Part shown: one piece after another, positions 20,333-30,372 of the stretch
How the letters are laid out: each line of letters starts with the position of its first letter
Position numbering within the stretch: the stretch's first letter is position 1
DNA from: an uncultured bacterium
Lineage (GTDB): Bacteria > Chloroflexota > UBA5177 > JANWHV01
Direction of reading: 5' to 3'
Assembly (NCBI GenBank): GCA_963827235.1
Contig: CAWHAE010000012.1
Location: 576,001 to 640,000 of the forward strand
DNA: 64,000 nt
Notes under the pieces: generated by a model
The model's input: only the letters and a program-made list of their open reading frames with translations
The model's database searches: none
What the model was told of the DNA's origin: nothing
Position numbers and translations under genes: made by a program

Positions 20333-20887
20333 TCATCGGCGGTCAATACGATGAGCAGGCGACCAGTTTGCATGCCACCAGTGGGGGGGGGTGCACCCTA
20401 CTTTTGTGCAGCTGAGCCTGCTCGAGCGGAACGCTGGCGGCAGACAAGGTTGCGCCGCCAGCAGTCTTTCCCCTTGCCCGAGGGCTTGCCGGCGGAGGAG
20501 ATGGGCTCGGCGGCGGCTGGTGGCACAGGGACGGCCGTGCTCGCGGAGAGCGCGGGAGCGTCGAGGGCGGGCGGGGGCGGCGCGGCGCTCGCTCGGTGCG
20601 TCGGATGGGCGGCAGGGGTTGGGGGCGGTGCTGGGCGCCGTAGCAGCCGCCGGAGGGAGCAGGCGCAGGCGAGTCAGCGGTTTGCTGGCCCAGCACACGT
20701 TCCAGCGGTCATGCGCGCTGGAGTAGAGGGCGCGGAGGCTGGCGATGGCCTGGGCGCCCTCCCGCGTCCCGCGCATGTCGGCGCCTTTGTGGCGCTTGCT
20801 GATCAATACCTTGCAGGCACTCTCCACGGCCCCCGAGCCGAACGGGAGGGCACGCGCGACGAAGGTGGGGTACGCCATGCGCGCCAC
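20333..20887 (-). mobile_element. ISKra4/ISLre2-like transposase C-terminal remnant
   Basis: RMAYPTF..LPFGSGAVESACK..RHKGADMR matches the GSGxVESACK..RxKxxGMRW motif; possible end repeat GGGTGCACCC near 20389. Confidence 0.7.
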
Positions 20888-21427
20888 GTTGTCGCGCTCT
20901 GCGACCGACGCAGCGCGATCACTAGGCTGCCCGTCTGACGATCAGCTGTGCCGGCAATGGCACGCTTGTACGTGCCTTGCGCATCGCGCACGTCTCCACT
21001 GACCTACCACGGACGCTTGCTGCAATCACGGTAACGCCACTGGTGCGAGTCGGGGACTGAAGCGCGTCGGCGGCAATTGGGGGAAGCTGGGTCTGTATAG
21101 CCTATACAGTCGCGCTCGGTCGGCCCTTGCAGCGCAAGTCACAATACCGCAATGCCTGGCGCGATCCCGAGGCCGATGGCATGCTGCGCCCGGGGTGCCG
21201 GCAGGAGAGCGTACCGTGATCAATCCCTCCGATAAGCTACGTGCTATGCTTCAGGCGCGGCTTTGGTGCTTGCCTTTGGTGGGGTCGGAGCTGATCGAGC
21301 TAGTGCGGCTCGAAGGAGGCCGTCGCTCGCTAGTCGCCGTTCGGTCTTTGCCAGGAGTTCCTTGCACCATGGTCAATCCTGTTCTCGGCAGGTAGGAAGA
21401 GCGGATGTCTAGATAGGGGGCTATCGT

Positions 21428-22144
21428 ATGAGCAGAAGGTCGATCTCCAGTGGCTTGCTGCGGTTCATCTGGGTAGCGGCCTCTCTGGCGCTGCTCGCGA
21501 TTGTGTATCCCGGCGCTGCCCAGAGAAGTGTGGCAGCGACGGCGCCAGGCGCCGCAGCGGCGAGCCCGGCGTTCAGGGATGGCTTCACTTCGGCCAATTG
21601 GATGACGGAGAAGACCGCAAAGCTTTACCAGGTGGCGGCAACCGCCAGCGTGGTGCGCTTCAGCACGCCGGGCGGAGGGGCGGGCGGTTTTCAATGGGTG
21701 GGACTCCAGTTCAGGCACCAGATCCGCGGGAACTTCGACATCAGCATCCAGTACTCCAAGGCTAGTATTAAGCGGGTTAACGGGAGCCCTGCCAACCAAG
21801 TTCAGCTGAACGCGGTGTTCGGCGGCCAGATATTCTGCGTGGTGCGCGATGATGACGTGGTTGCCGGGAACAACTACCACATCTATACAGGGGGTTGGCA
21901 CGGCACGGTGAAGACCAGTGCGACATCGGGGGTGCTCAGGATTGTGCGTGTGGGCAGCACAGTGAGCGGCTACGCCGACGATACACGGCTCTACCAGGGA
22001 ACGTACAACAGCAGCCCTGTGACACAACTGTGGTTCTCGTTGCAGAACAACGGCACGGTCGATCCGATTTCGGTCACGTTCAGCAAATTCGTGCTCTCCG
22101 CTGGCACGATATCCCAGGCTTTGGGTGTTCCCTTGCTGAAGTAG
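21428..22144 (+). CDS. Secreted hypothetical protein, possible ConA/lectin-like beta-sandwich
   Basis: Signal peptide; GNFDISIQY, LRIVRVGSTVSGY; AGGGGG RBS. Confidence 0.7.
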   Translation: MSRRSISSGLLRFIWVAASLALLAIVYPGAAQRSVAATAPGAAAASPAFRDGFTSANWMTEKTAKLYQVAATASVVRFSTPGGGAGGFQWVGLQFRHQIRGNFDISIQYSKASIKRVNGSPANQVQLNAVFGGQIFCVVRDDDVVAGNNYHIYTGGWHGTVKTSATSGVLRIVRVGSTVSGYADDTRLYQGTYNSSPVTQLWFSLQNNGTVDPISVTFSKFVLSAGTISQALGVPLLK

Positions 22145-22816
22145 GCGAGGCCTGCGGCCAGGACCCCGGCATTGCACACAGTGGGCGACAAGCGTTTGGT
22201 CCGTCTGCAGGATCGTTCCAACGTCGAGACCGGCGGCGGCGACTGCCCAGTCGCCTGCCGTACAGTCTGGCCTGCGTGCAACAAGTGCCGGTCCACTACA
22301 GTCGGAGCGATGGTCGCATCGAGACCCTTCCGCCACACTGAACGCGAGTACGGCGCGGATCGCATGCATAGTAGAGTAGGGTCATCCTTCCCCGGCCACG
22401 AGCACGCATGGACGATTAGCATTAGTCGGGAGTGACCCGACTCAAGGAGGCGGACAGGGCACCCACGTCGCGCTCGAGACGTCCGGCGTTGAGGTAATGC
22501 GGGATCGCCCGTCGAGCCGCGAGGCACAGGGCGACGGAGTCGCCGCCGTACTCCGCGCACGGGAGAGCCGTGTACATGGGGAAGGGCGGCAGGTACCTGC
22601 GGCCTGGGGACATGCCGGTAGGCGAGATGCCACTGCAGTAGGTGCCTCGGCCGGCCTAATTCCTGCCATTCTGCGGCTGGAGGCCACCTCCAGAGCCGTG
22701 GACTGCTCGGGTCATAGCCGCGATCGGACGGATCAGCTAGAGTAGCGCTACGGTCGGGCTCGGTAGGCAGGTCGCTCGGACCCGGCATGGGCGCGTGTAT
22801 ATTTCGACACACTTTC

Positions 22817-22855
22817 ATGTAAGTGCTTGCATGCATTTCTGGCCTGCGCTAGAAT
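22817..22855 (+). promoter_or_regulatory. Promoter with overlapping TetR-like operator
   Basis: TTGCAT-17-TAGAAT; imperfect palindrome ATGTAAG-TG-CTTGCAT over the -35. Confidence 0.55.
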
Positions 22856-22909
22856 CTTGGCTGGCTCAGCAGTGGGCAGAGCGACCCTCCGTTAGGTGAC
22901 CCGAGAATA

Positions 22910-23501
22910 ATGACCGCCAGACCGAGTACCAAGGACAGGCTCTTGCGTGCCTTTCTCGATCTCGTAGCCGAACACGGGTATGAAGGCTCGACCACGCGCG
23001 CGGTGGCCGACGCCGCCGGGGTGAACGAGGTCACGTTATTCCGGCTCTTCGGGGACAAGGCTTCCCTTGCCCGGGCTGCCATCGGAGCGATCTCGGCGGA
23101 TGCTGCCTTGGCAGCATACGATCCCCCAGATCGATGCCTCCGATCCCGCCAAGGCAGCAGCAGATCTCTGTGCCTGCCTGGTGTTCCTGCGTGATCGGCT
23201 GCGCAGCCAGCCCTTCTTGATCAATCCGGTGCTGCGCGAGCTGGCTCGACGGGTATGCCGCGGCTGCGACACCAACCCTGGTCCGAGCTACGCCTTCGCC
23301 ATTATCCGGAGCGCTCTGACGAAAGCCATGCCGGTTCTACGGCCTGAAGTGGACATCACTGCCGCGACGCTGAGCCTGCTTGGCCTCATGGTGATCTTCC
23401 TTATGGAGGAGCGGTATTCGCAAAGTGTGGACATCGCCAGGGGCGATGCACTGTTCGTCGCAGCCCTTCGTCCATTGATTAGGTGGAATCCCGAAGCCTG
23501 A
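22910..23501 (+). CDS. TetR-family regulator, frameshift in the C-run at about 23125
   Basis: GYEGSTTRAVADAAGVNEVTLFRLFGDK HTH; continues as QIDASDP in another frame after CCCCC. Confidence 0.8.
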
Positions 23502-23526
23502 TTCGCCGGCTTCCTCAGGAGGTGTT

Positions 23527-25842
23527 ATGGAGCCCCTTTTCACGGCACTCGCTGGCTTCTGTGTCCGCTTCAAGTACCCGGTGGCAGTGCTCTGGATCGT
23601 CGTGACGATCGCCAGCGTGGCGCTGTGTCCGGGTCTCTCCAGCGTCGCCAAGGATCAAAACAGCAGCTTCCTCCCGTCGAGCGCGCCGAGCATGCAAGCG
23701 GCTGGGCTTGCCTCTCCCTGGCGCGACGTCGACCTCATCACCGGGGCGATCGTCGCCGCTCGCGCCGATGGCATTCTCACGAAATCAGACCAGGCTGCAA
23801 TCGGTCGCCTTGCCGCTGCCATCCGCATGCTGCCTCACGTCAAGACCTTTCAGGATCAAGGCGTGGCGGTAGACGGGAAAGCTCGTCAGTTCAGTATCCA
23901 GGCCGACGTCAACTGGAGCGGCACGGGAACGGCCAAGACGCTCGTGGATACCATCCGTCACGACTTCACCACAGTTGGCGCCCCGCCCGGCCTCGAGATG
24001 CACGTGACCGGCGAGCTGGGCATTCTGGTCGATCAGGCGGTGGCACAGTCGAGCTCGCAGGGCAAGACGACGTATCTCTCCTACCTGTTCATCATCGTGC
24101 TGCTGCTGATCGCTTTCCGCGCCCTGCTTGCGCCGCTCGTCACTCTCCTGCCGGCCGCCCTGGTGCTGGCGCTTTCCGGTCCGGTGATCGCCGCATCCAC
24201 GCACCTGGGCGTGCAGGTGGGCACCATCACCCAGATCATCCTGATCGTGCTTATCCTGGGCGCCGGCACCGACTACGGACTCTTCCTCGTCTTCCGCGTG
24301 CGCGAGGAGCTGCTCCGCGGGCGCACGACCAACGACGCTGTGATCCATTCGCTGACGAACGTTGGCGAGACGATCAGCTTCTCGGCATTCACGGTAATCG
24401 CCGCCATGCTCAGTCTGCTGCTGTCCGAGTTCGGCTTCTACCAGGGGTTGGGACCGGCTCTGGCCATCGGCATCGGCTTGATGCTTCTCGCCGGCCTGAC
24501 CCTGCTGCCAGCCGTCCTCGCCATCTTCGGTCGCGCGGTCTTCTGGCCCTCGAACACGACGGCGAGCGCGGGGGACAAGATCGGCATCTGGGGCGCAACC
24601 GCCGTGCGCGTGGTGCGCCGGCCCGTGGTCACGTTGGTCGCCCTGATCGGGGTATTCGTGCTCCTGGCCTGCGGTCTGATCAACTCCGGTACGACCGGCT
24701 TTGGCGATACCGTGAGCGGGCCGAAAGGCAGCGACTCGGCGGCCGGCCAGGCCCTGATCGCCGTCCACTGGCCGCAGTCGGGGGACAGCATCTACCAGTC
24801 GCTCATTCTCTTCCGCTTCGATCAGCCGGTCTGGAGCCAGCTCGATAAGCTCAACACCATCCAGTCCAACCTGGCGGCCAGCGGTGCCTTCGTCCCGCGC
24901 AGTCTCAGCGGCCCGCTCAACCCGTATGGCGCTCATCTGACCACCGTGCAGCTGGCCGCGCTACACAAGCAGCTCGGTCCGGCGCAAGCCTTGCCGGCGG
25001 TGCAGCCCGCCAGCCTCAAGAAGGTGGCGCCGCTCGCCTACATGGCTTACCGCGCCACGTTCCTTTACATAAGCGCGGACGGCAAGACGGTGCAGTGGAT
25101 CGGCATGACCACGGCCAACAACACTGGCAGCACGCACGATTTGAACCAGATGCCGGTGCTGCGCGATAGCGTCGGCGCGCTTGGGCGGCAAGTGCGGGCC
25201 GCGCAAACCGGCGTCTTCAGCGATATGGCATTCTCGTACGACGTCAGCTCCCTCGCCAACGACGACCTGCACCACATCATTCCTTTCGTGGCGATAGTGA
25301 TTGCCATTCTGCTGGCCATTGTGCTGCGCAGTCTGATGGCGCCGCTTTACCTGGTGGCCAGCGTCGTGCTTTCCTATCTGGCTGCCCTGGGCTTCGCGTC
25401 CTACGTGTTCGTGCACTTCGGTCCCAACTCGGGTCTCAACTTCGTGCTGCCGTTCCTGGTGTTCATCTTCCTCACCGCGCTGGGGTCCGACTACAATATC
25501 CTGGTTATGACCCGCATCCGCGAGGAGGCGAAGAAGCGGCCTCTGCGCCAGGCCGTCTGGTATGCCGTGGGCGTAAGCGGCAGCACGATCACTACGGCGG
25601 GCACTATCCTTGCCGGCACATTCGCCGTGCTCGCCTTTGCTGCCGGCGACCAGAGTGGCGCCGATCAGATGCGCCAGATCGGCTACGGCATCGCCGCCGG
25701 CGTGCTGATGGATACGTTCCTGATCAGGTCGCTGCTCGTGCCCGCCTTCGTGACCTTGCTCGGGCGCTGGAACTGGTGGCCCTCCAAGCTCTTCCGCCAC
25801 CAGATCGATGAGGAGCCGAGCGACGTCGAGGGCGCGGCCTAG
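23527..25842 (+). CDS. MMPL/RND-family transporter
   Basis: AGGAGG RBS; GAGTDYGLFLVFRVREE and GSDYNILVMTRIREE. Confidence 0.92.
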   Translation: MEPLFTALAGFCVRFKYPVAVLWIVVTIASVALCPGLSSVAKDQNSSFLPSSAPSMQAAGLASPWRDVDLITGAIVAARADGILTKSDQAAIGRLAAAIRMLPHVKTFQDQGVAVDGKARQFSIQADVNWSGTGTAKTLVDTIRHDFTTVGAPPGLEMHVTGELGILVDQAVAQSSSQGKTTYLSYLFIIVLLLIAFRALLAPLVTLLPAALVLALSGPVIAASTHLGVQVGTITQIILIVLILGAGTDYGLFLVFRVREELLRGRTTNDAVIHSLTNVGETISFSAFTVIAAMLSLLLSEFGFYQGLGPALAIGIGLMLLAGLTLLPAVLAIFGRAVFWPSNTTASAGDKIGIWGATAVRVVRRPVVTLVALIGVFVLLACGLINSGTTGFGDTVSGPKGSDSAAGQALIAVHWPQSGDSIYQSLILFRFDQPVWSQLDKLNTIQSNLAASGAFVPRSLSGPLNPYGAHLTTVQLAALHKQLGPAQALPAVQPASLKKVAPLAYMAYRATFLYISADGKTVQWIGMTTANNTGSTHDLNQMPVLRDSVGALGRQVRAAQTGVFSDMAFSYDVSSLANDDLHHIIPFVAIVIAILLAIVLRSLMAPLYLVASVVLSYLAALGFASYVFVHFGPNSGLNFVLPFLVFIFLTALGSDYNILVMTRIREEAKKRPLRQAVWYAVGVSGSTITTAGTILAGTFAVLAFAAGDQSGADQMRQIGYGIAAGVLMDTFLIRSLLVPAFVTLLGRWNWWPSKLFRHQIDEEPSDVEGAA

Positions 25843-25878
25843 CGCCGACCGGTTCGTCGCCTCTTCTGCGTGCAAACA

Positions 25879-25910
25879 GAGGCGGACCCGCCCAACGGCG
25901 GGTCCGCCTC
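25879..25910. terminator. Stem-loop between convergent MMPL and clpB genes
   Basis: Perfect 14-bp stem GAGGCGGACCCGCC-caac-GGCGGGTCCGCCTC. Confidence 0.65.
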
Positions 25911-26087
25911 CTCGTTCCCGGCGGGCCGTTGCAGGACAAGCCGGTGTGCGTGTATTGCCCCAAGTATTCGGCTAAGTGGCAGGATCCGGATCGAGCGTGA
26001 GGCCCTCGTAGAGGCGGACGACGGGGAGCAGCATGTCGACGCTCTCGAGGGGAACAGTGGTCCCTTCGACGAAGGTGAACATGTGTG

Positions 26088-28709
26088 CTACTTCACAGCC
26101 GCTCCGGCGGTTGCTGCCTCCATCTCGCCGTGCTTGAACACAAGCCGGCCACCCTCCACGTCGACGAGCACCGTGTCGCCTCCGGCGAAGTCGCCGGCGA
26201 GCAAGGCCGAGGCCAGCGGATCCATGATGCGCCGCTGCAGCACCCGCTTGAGAGGACGGGCACCGTACACGGGATCGTAGCCTTCCTCGGCGATCATGTC
26301 CTTAGCTTCCGGCGACAGCTCCAGATCCACATGGCGGTCGGCCAGGCGCCCGCGCAGAGCCCTGAGTTGAATGTCGACGATCTCGCCGATCTGGCCGCGC
26401 GTCAGCGTGGCGAAGGTGACGACGTCGTCCACGCGATTGAGGAACTCCGGTCGGAAGTGTGACCGCAGCGCCTCGTTCACCCGCCGCCGCATCTCTTCCT
26501 GGTCCGACGGTCCCAGCTCGGCGATGTACTGGCTGCCGATGTTGCTCGTCATCACGATGATGGTGTTCGTGAAGTCAACCGTTCTGCCCTGTCCGTCGGT
26601 GAGCCGGCCGTCGTCCAGCACCTGCAGCAGGATGTTGAAGACGTCCGCGTGCGCCTTCTCAATCTCGTCGAGCAGCAACACGCAGTAGGGCCGGCGACGA
26701 ACCGCCTCGGTCAGCTGGCCGCCTTCGTCGTATCCTATGTATCCCGGCGGGGCACCCACCAGGCGGGACACGCTGTGTCGCTCCATGTACTCGCTCATGT
26801 CGAGGCGGATCATGGCGCGCTCGTCGTCGAACAGGAATTCGGCCAGCGCCCGGGCCAGCTCGGTCTTGCCCACGCCGGTCGGTCCGAGGAAAATGAACGA
26901 GCCCAGCGGGCGGTTGGGATCCTGCAGGCCGGCGCGGGCCCGGCGAAGGGCGTTGGCGACGGCGCCGATTGCCTCGTCCTGGCCCACTACCCGGAGATGC
27001 AGGCTCTCTTCCATGCGCAGAAGCTTGCGCATCTCGGCCTCCATTAGCCGGTTGACCGGGATGCCGGTCCAACGGCTGACGACGGTGGCGATGTCCTCTT
27101 CGCCCACTTCCTCTTTCAGCAGACGCCGTTCCCCTTCACCCGCGTCCAGCGCCGCCTGCTTCTCGCGCAGCTCACGCTCGAGGGCCGGGAGGGTGCCGTA
27201 GCGCAGCTCGGCGGCCCGGTTGAGATCGTAGGCGCGCTCGGCCTGCTCCATTTGCAGCTTTGCCGTCTCGATTCTCTCGCGCAGGTTGCGCACCGCGGTG
27301 ATCGCAGCTTTCTCCTGCTGCCATCGCGCCTTCAGCGCTCCGCCTTCTTCGCCCAGCTCGGCGATCTCGGCTTCCAGGCGCTGCAGGCGGTCGCGCGAGC
27401 CGGCATCGGTCTCCTTTTGCAGGGCCTGGCGCTCGACTTCGAGCTGCATGCGCCGCCGTTCAATCTCGTCGAGCTCCGCCGGCATGGAATCTATCTCCAT
27501 GCGCAGGGTGGCCGCGGCCTCGTCGATCAGGTCGATCGCCTTGTCCGGCAGGAACCTATCCGCTATGTAGCGGTTGGAGAGCACGGCGGCGGCCACCAGC
27601 GCCGCGTCCTTGATCTGTACGCCGTGATGGACTTCATAGCGCTCGCGCAGTCCGCGCAGGATGCTGATCGTGTCCTCCACCGTGGGCTCGCTGACCAGCA
27701 CCTGCTGGAACCGGCGCTCCAGGGCGGCATCCTTCTCTATGTTCTTGCGGTATTCGTCCAGCGTGGTGGCGCCTATGCAGTGCAGCTCGCCCCGGGCCAG
27801 CATCGGCTTGAGCAGGTTGCTTGCATCCATGGCGCCTTCGACCTTGCCCGCGCCGACCACGGTATGGATCTCATCGATGAACAGGATGACGCCTCCCGCG
27901 GCCTTCTGCACATCCTGCAGCACCGCCTTGAGCCGTTCCTCGAACTCGCCGCGATACTTGGCGCCGGCGATCAGCGCACCCATGTCGAGGGCGATCAAGC
28001 GCCGGTCTTTCAGGCCCTCGGGCACGTCGCCGCGGACGATGCGAGTGGCCAGCCCTTCGGCGATGGCGGTCTTGCCCACGCCAGGCTCGCCGATCAGCAC
28101 CGGGTTGTTCTTCGTGCGCCTGGAGAGGATCTGCATCACACGCCTGATCTCGTCGTCGCGTCCGATCACGGGATCGAGCTTGCCCGCGCGGGCAAGCTCG
28201 GTGAGGTCGCGCCCGTAGCGCTCGAGGGCCCGGTACGTCTCCTCCGAGCTTGCCGACGTGGCGCGCTTGCCGCCTCGAACGCTCTCCACGGCGGCGCGGA
28301 TGCGACTCGTCTCACCGCCGGCCTGCCGCAGCAGGTCGCCTGCACGGTCGCCGCGCGGCGACGACGCCAGGGCCAGCAGCAGATGTTCGACCGCGAGGTA
28401 GGCGTCACCCATGCCCACTGCTTCTCCGTGAGCGCGCGTCACGGCGCCGCGAAAGCCGGAGGAGTAGCCGATCTGCGCGTCGCCGCCCACGCGCGGCAAC
28501 CTGGCGATCTCCTGGTCGGCGCGTCGCTTTAGCCCTGCCGGCTCGACCTGAGCCTGGCGCAACACCGCCGTGACCAGGCCTTCCGGGTGCGCGAGCATGG
28601 CGCTCAACAGGTGGAGCGTCTCGACCTCCGGATTGCCATTCGCAGTCGCCTGATTCTGAGCATCCAGGATCGCCTCCTGGGCTTTCTCGGTCAACTGGTA
28701 CTCATTCAT
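26088..28709 (-). CDS. clpB: ATP-dependent chaperone ClpB
   Basis: Two AAA modules ([16 protein letters not shown]), [10 protein letters not shown], coiled-coil M domain with AAELRYG, GARPLKR. Confidence 0.97.
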   Translation of the reverse strand: MNEYQLTEKAQEAILDAQNQATANGNPEVETLHLLSAMLAHPEGLVTAVLRQAQVEPAGLKRRADQEIARLPRVGGDAQIGYSSGFRGAVTRAHGEAVGMGDAYLAVEHLLLALASSPRGDRAGDLLRQAGGETSRIRAAVESVRGGKRATSASSEETYRALERYGRDLTELARAGKLDPVIGRDDEIRRVMQILSRRTKNNPVLIGEPGVGKTAIAEGLATRIVRGDVPEGLKDRRLIALDMGALIAGAKYRGEFEERLKAVLQDVQKAAGGVILFIDEIHTVVGAGKVEGAMDASNLLKPMLARGELHCIGATTLDEYRKNIEKDAALERRFQQVLVSEPTVEDTISILRGLRERYEVHHGVQIKDAALVAAAVLSNRYIADRFLPDKAIDLIDEAAATLRMEIDSMPAELDEIERRRMQLEVERQALQKETDAGSRDRLQRLEAEIAELGEEGGALKARWQQEKAAITAVRNLRERIETAKLQMEQAERAYDLNRAAELRYGTLPALERELREKQAALDAGEGERRLLKEEVGEEDIATVVSRWTGIPVNRLMEAEMRKLLRMEESLHLRVVGQDEAIGAVANALRRARAGLQDPNRPLGSFIFLGPTGVGKTELARALAEFLFDDERAMIRLDMSEYMERHSVSRLVGAPPGYIGYDEGGQLTEAVRRRPYCVLLLDEIEKAHADVFNILLQVLDDGRLTDGQGRTVDFTNTIIVMTSNIGSQYIAELGPSDQEEMRRRVNEALRSHFRPEFLNRVDDVVTFATLTRGQIGEIVDIQLRALRGRLADRHVDLELSPEAKDMIAEEGYDPVYGARPLKRVLQRRIMDPLASALLAGDFAGGDTVLVDVEGGRLVFKHGEMEAATAGAAVK

Positions 28710-28749
28710 GATTCAACACCCATGCCACGTTTCTTGTACGCTGGACGCA

Positions 28750-28784
28750 TAGAATACTTGATAGTCATTCTATCAAGTATTCTA
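28750..28784. promoter_or_regulatory. HAIR-like (HspR) operator upstream of clpB
   Basis: Perfect 15-bp inverted repeat TAGAATACTTGATAG-N5-CTATCAAGTATTCTA; core CTTGATA-N7-TATCAAG versus HAIR CTTGAGT-N7-ACTCAAG. Confidence 0.7.
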
Positions 28785-28815
28785 CATCGTGGCGGGGCAG
28801 GAATCAAGTCTCGAT

Positions 28816-29406
28816 TCAGGCCATGCACAACTCCTCCTGCTGCATCTCGGGTACCGCTGTGTGCAGGAACGTCTCCACGAAGCTGCCGTCCCACTGCTGC
28901 CCGGCGCCTTCCGCGAGCGCTTCGATCGCTGCGCGTACCGGCAACGCGGGGTGAAACGGGCTTTCGTGGGTCAAAGCGTCGAAGCATTCGGCGATGGCGA
29001 TAATCCGCGATCCGAGCGGAATGCGCTCCCCGCACATGTGGCCTGGATAGCCGTCGCCGTCGAAGCGTTCGTGGTGGTGGAGGACGATTTCCGCCGTGCG
29101 CTGAGCCCCGGGTTGCGCGCGCAGATAAGCGGCGCCACGATCCGTGTGATGGCGCACCCAGCTCCACTCCAGCGGCGTGAGGCGGCGAGACCGCACAAGG
29201 GCCGCTTCCGGCACCGCCAGCTTGCCGATATCGTGCAGCCGCGCCGCGTCGAGAATCAGCTGCGCATCCTTCCCCGTCACGCCCAACGCCTTGAGCGTCG
29301 GCGCCACGAGAGCCGCCACGCGCTTACAGTGCCCCGGCATGCCGGAGCGCACGTCGGCGGCATCGGTAAGGCTGCCCAGTACGGTCATCGCAGTCTCTGT
29401 AATCAT
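28816..29406 (-). CDS. Stand-alone HD-GYP domain protein
   Basis: HCKRVA, LHDIGK, HHERFDGDGYP, IPLGSRIIA; start uncertain. Confidence 0.85.
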   Translation of the reverse strand: MITETAMTVLGSLTDAADVRSGMPGHCKRVAALVAPTLKALGVTGKDAQLILDAARLHDIGKLAVPEAALVRSRRLTPLEWSWVRHHTDRGAAYLRAQPGAQRTAEIVLHHHERFDGDGYPGHMCGERIPLGSRIIAIAECFDALTHESPFHPALPVRAAIEALAEGAGQQWDGSFVETFLHTAVPEMQQEELCMA

Positions 29407-29431
29407 GTTCTCGTCTGGTCGCAGGCACCGA

Positions 29432-29836
29432 TCACCGCCGGATCGGAACCGTGCGACTCGCCCTTTCTGCGCCCTGACTCCGGCCGCTCGGCCAGGTTGT
29501 TGCTGAGGTCGATCCATGATGGAGTGCGCCCACGTACTCGCCGCTGCGCCAAGCACAGACGGGGCGTGTGCCGACCAATCGAATGGGCTCCGTGCCCGCT
29601 TCATACTCCGCCGCACCCCAGGAGCCGTCCTGCGGCGGACGCCCGCAGGCGCGACGACTCACGGCGTCCGCGAACTGCTCCAGCGTCTGCGCCTGAATGC
29701 CGACCAGGGATTCGGCGAGCAACTTGTCGTAGCCGGCGTCGATGGCGGCACACCGCGGGTTTGCCAGCAGGCGCCCGGCAAAGGTGCCGTCCACCGAGGC
29801 CTCGGCGAGTAGCCGTTCGTAGGTGCGAAACCGCAC
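29432..29836 (-). CDS. Small protein resembling NHLP-clan (Os1348/Franean1_4349-like) leader domains
   Basis: ERLLAEASVDGTFAGRLLANP..AGY; AGGAG/GGAG RBS before GTG. Confidence 0.55.
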   Translation of the reverse strand: MRFRTYERLLAEASVDGTFAGRLLANPRCAAIDAGYDKLLAESLVGIQAQTLEQFADAVSRRACGRPPQDGSWGAAEYEAGTEPIRLVGTRPVCAWRSGEYVGALHHGSTSATTWPSGRSQGAERASRTVPIRR

Positions 29837-29958
29837 AGCTCCCTGCTCCTATTCCTGACATAACGCGTCGATGGTAGGATATGTATCGTCCCGGTCACGG
29901 CCATCGACGCCGTGTGCACATGGCAACCGCAATGCTCGGCTCTGAGCCTAGGTGGGGG

Positions 29959-30228
29959 CTATGCGTTGAGCGACTCACTATCGGCAGCGGCTACAGGCGC
30001 CTGCTGCGCGAAGGGCTGCGCGCCAAGCCCGTCGGCTAGCAGCGACGTGGCGGCAAACGGCTGCGCGCCGAGACCATCCGCGATCTTCGAAACGTGGGCG
30101 AACGGCTGCGCACCCAGCCCGTCGGCCGTGGAACGGCCCGTGTTGTGCGTGGGTGAGATGCTTGCGGACGATAGCAGGGAACCGGCAACGAGGCTGCTGA
30201 CCGTGATGGCGGCGACAAGCTTGCGCAT
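29959..30228 (-). CDS. Secreted 89-aa multicore propeptide (3 x ADGLGAQPFA)
   Basis: GAAGGAAAGG RBS; MRK plus hydrophobic signal; three identical 10-aa cores at a 15-aa period differing only at synonymous codons. Confidence 0.8.
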   Translation of the reverse strand: MRKLVAAITVSSLVAGSLLSSASISPTHNTGRSTADGLGAQPFAHVSKIADGLGAQPFAATSLLADGLGAQPFAQQAPVAAADSESLNA

Positions 30229-30281
30229 GGGACTGCCTTTCCTTCGGCTCGATGTGCTCGAGGCCACCTCGAGCTGCCGCC

Positions 30282-30314
30282 AGACTAGGCTTCGTCCCGT
30301 TCCCACACCGTTCC
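30282..30314 (-). promoter_or_regulatory. SARP/BTAD-type activated promoter of the propeptide gene
   Basis: Minus strand GGAACGG-tgtg-GGAACGG-9 nt-TAGTCT; no recognisable -35. Confidence 0.6.
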
Positions 30315-30372
30315 ACGGTTTTTGCCCCCTTGAGCTCGCGGACATCCCTCCGCGCCGCACTGGAGGCTCCTG

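Noticed and set aside
22150-22800. Short ORFs between the secreted protein and TetR
   Set aside because: No consistent frame or motif could be supported.
30007-30126. 45-bp-period repeats as a mini CRISPR array
   Set aside because: Repeats vary at third codon positions, spacers are only 15 bp and no cas genes are present; they are coding repeats.
29959-30228. Multicore RiPP precursor (cyanobactin, microviridin or similar)
   Set aside because: It has a Sec-like signal rather than a RiPP leader, the cores lack Cys/Ser/Thr/Lys, and no maturase is in the window. Not fully excluded if enzymes act in trans.
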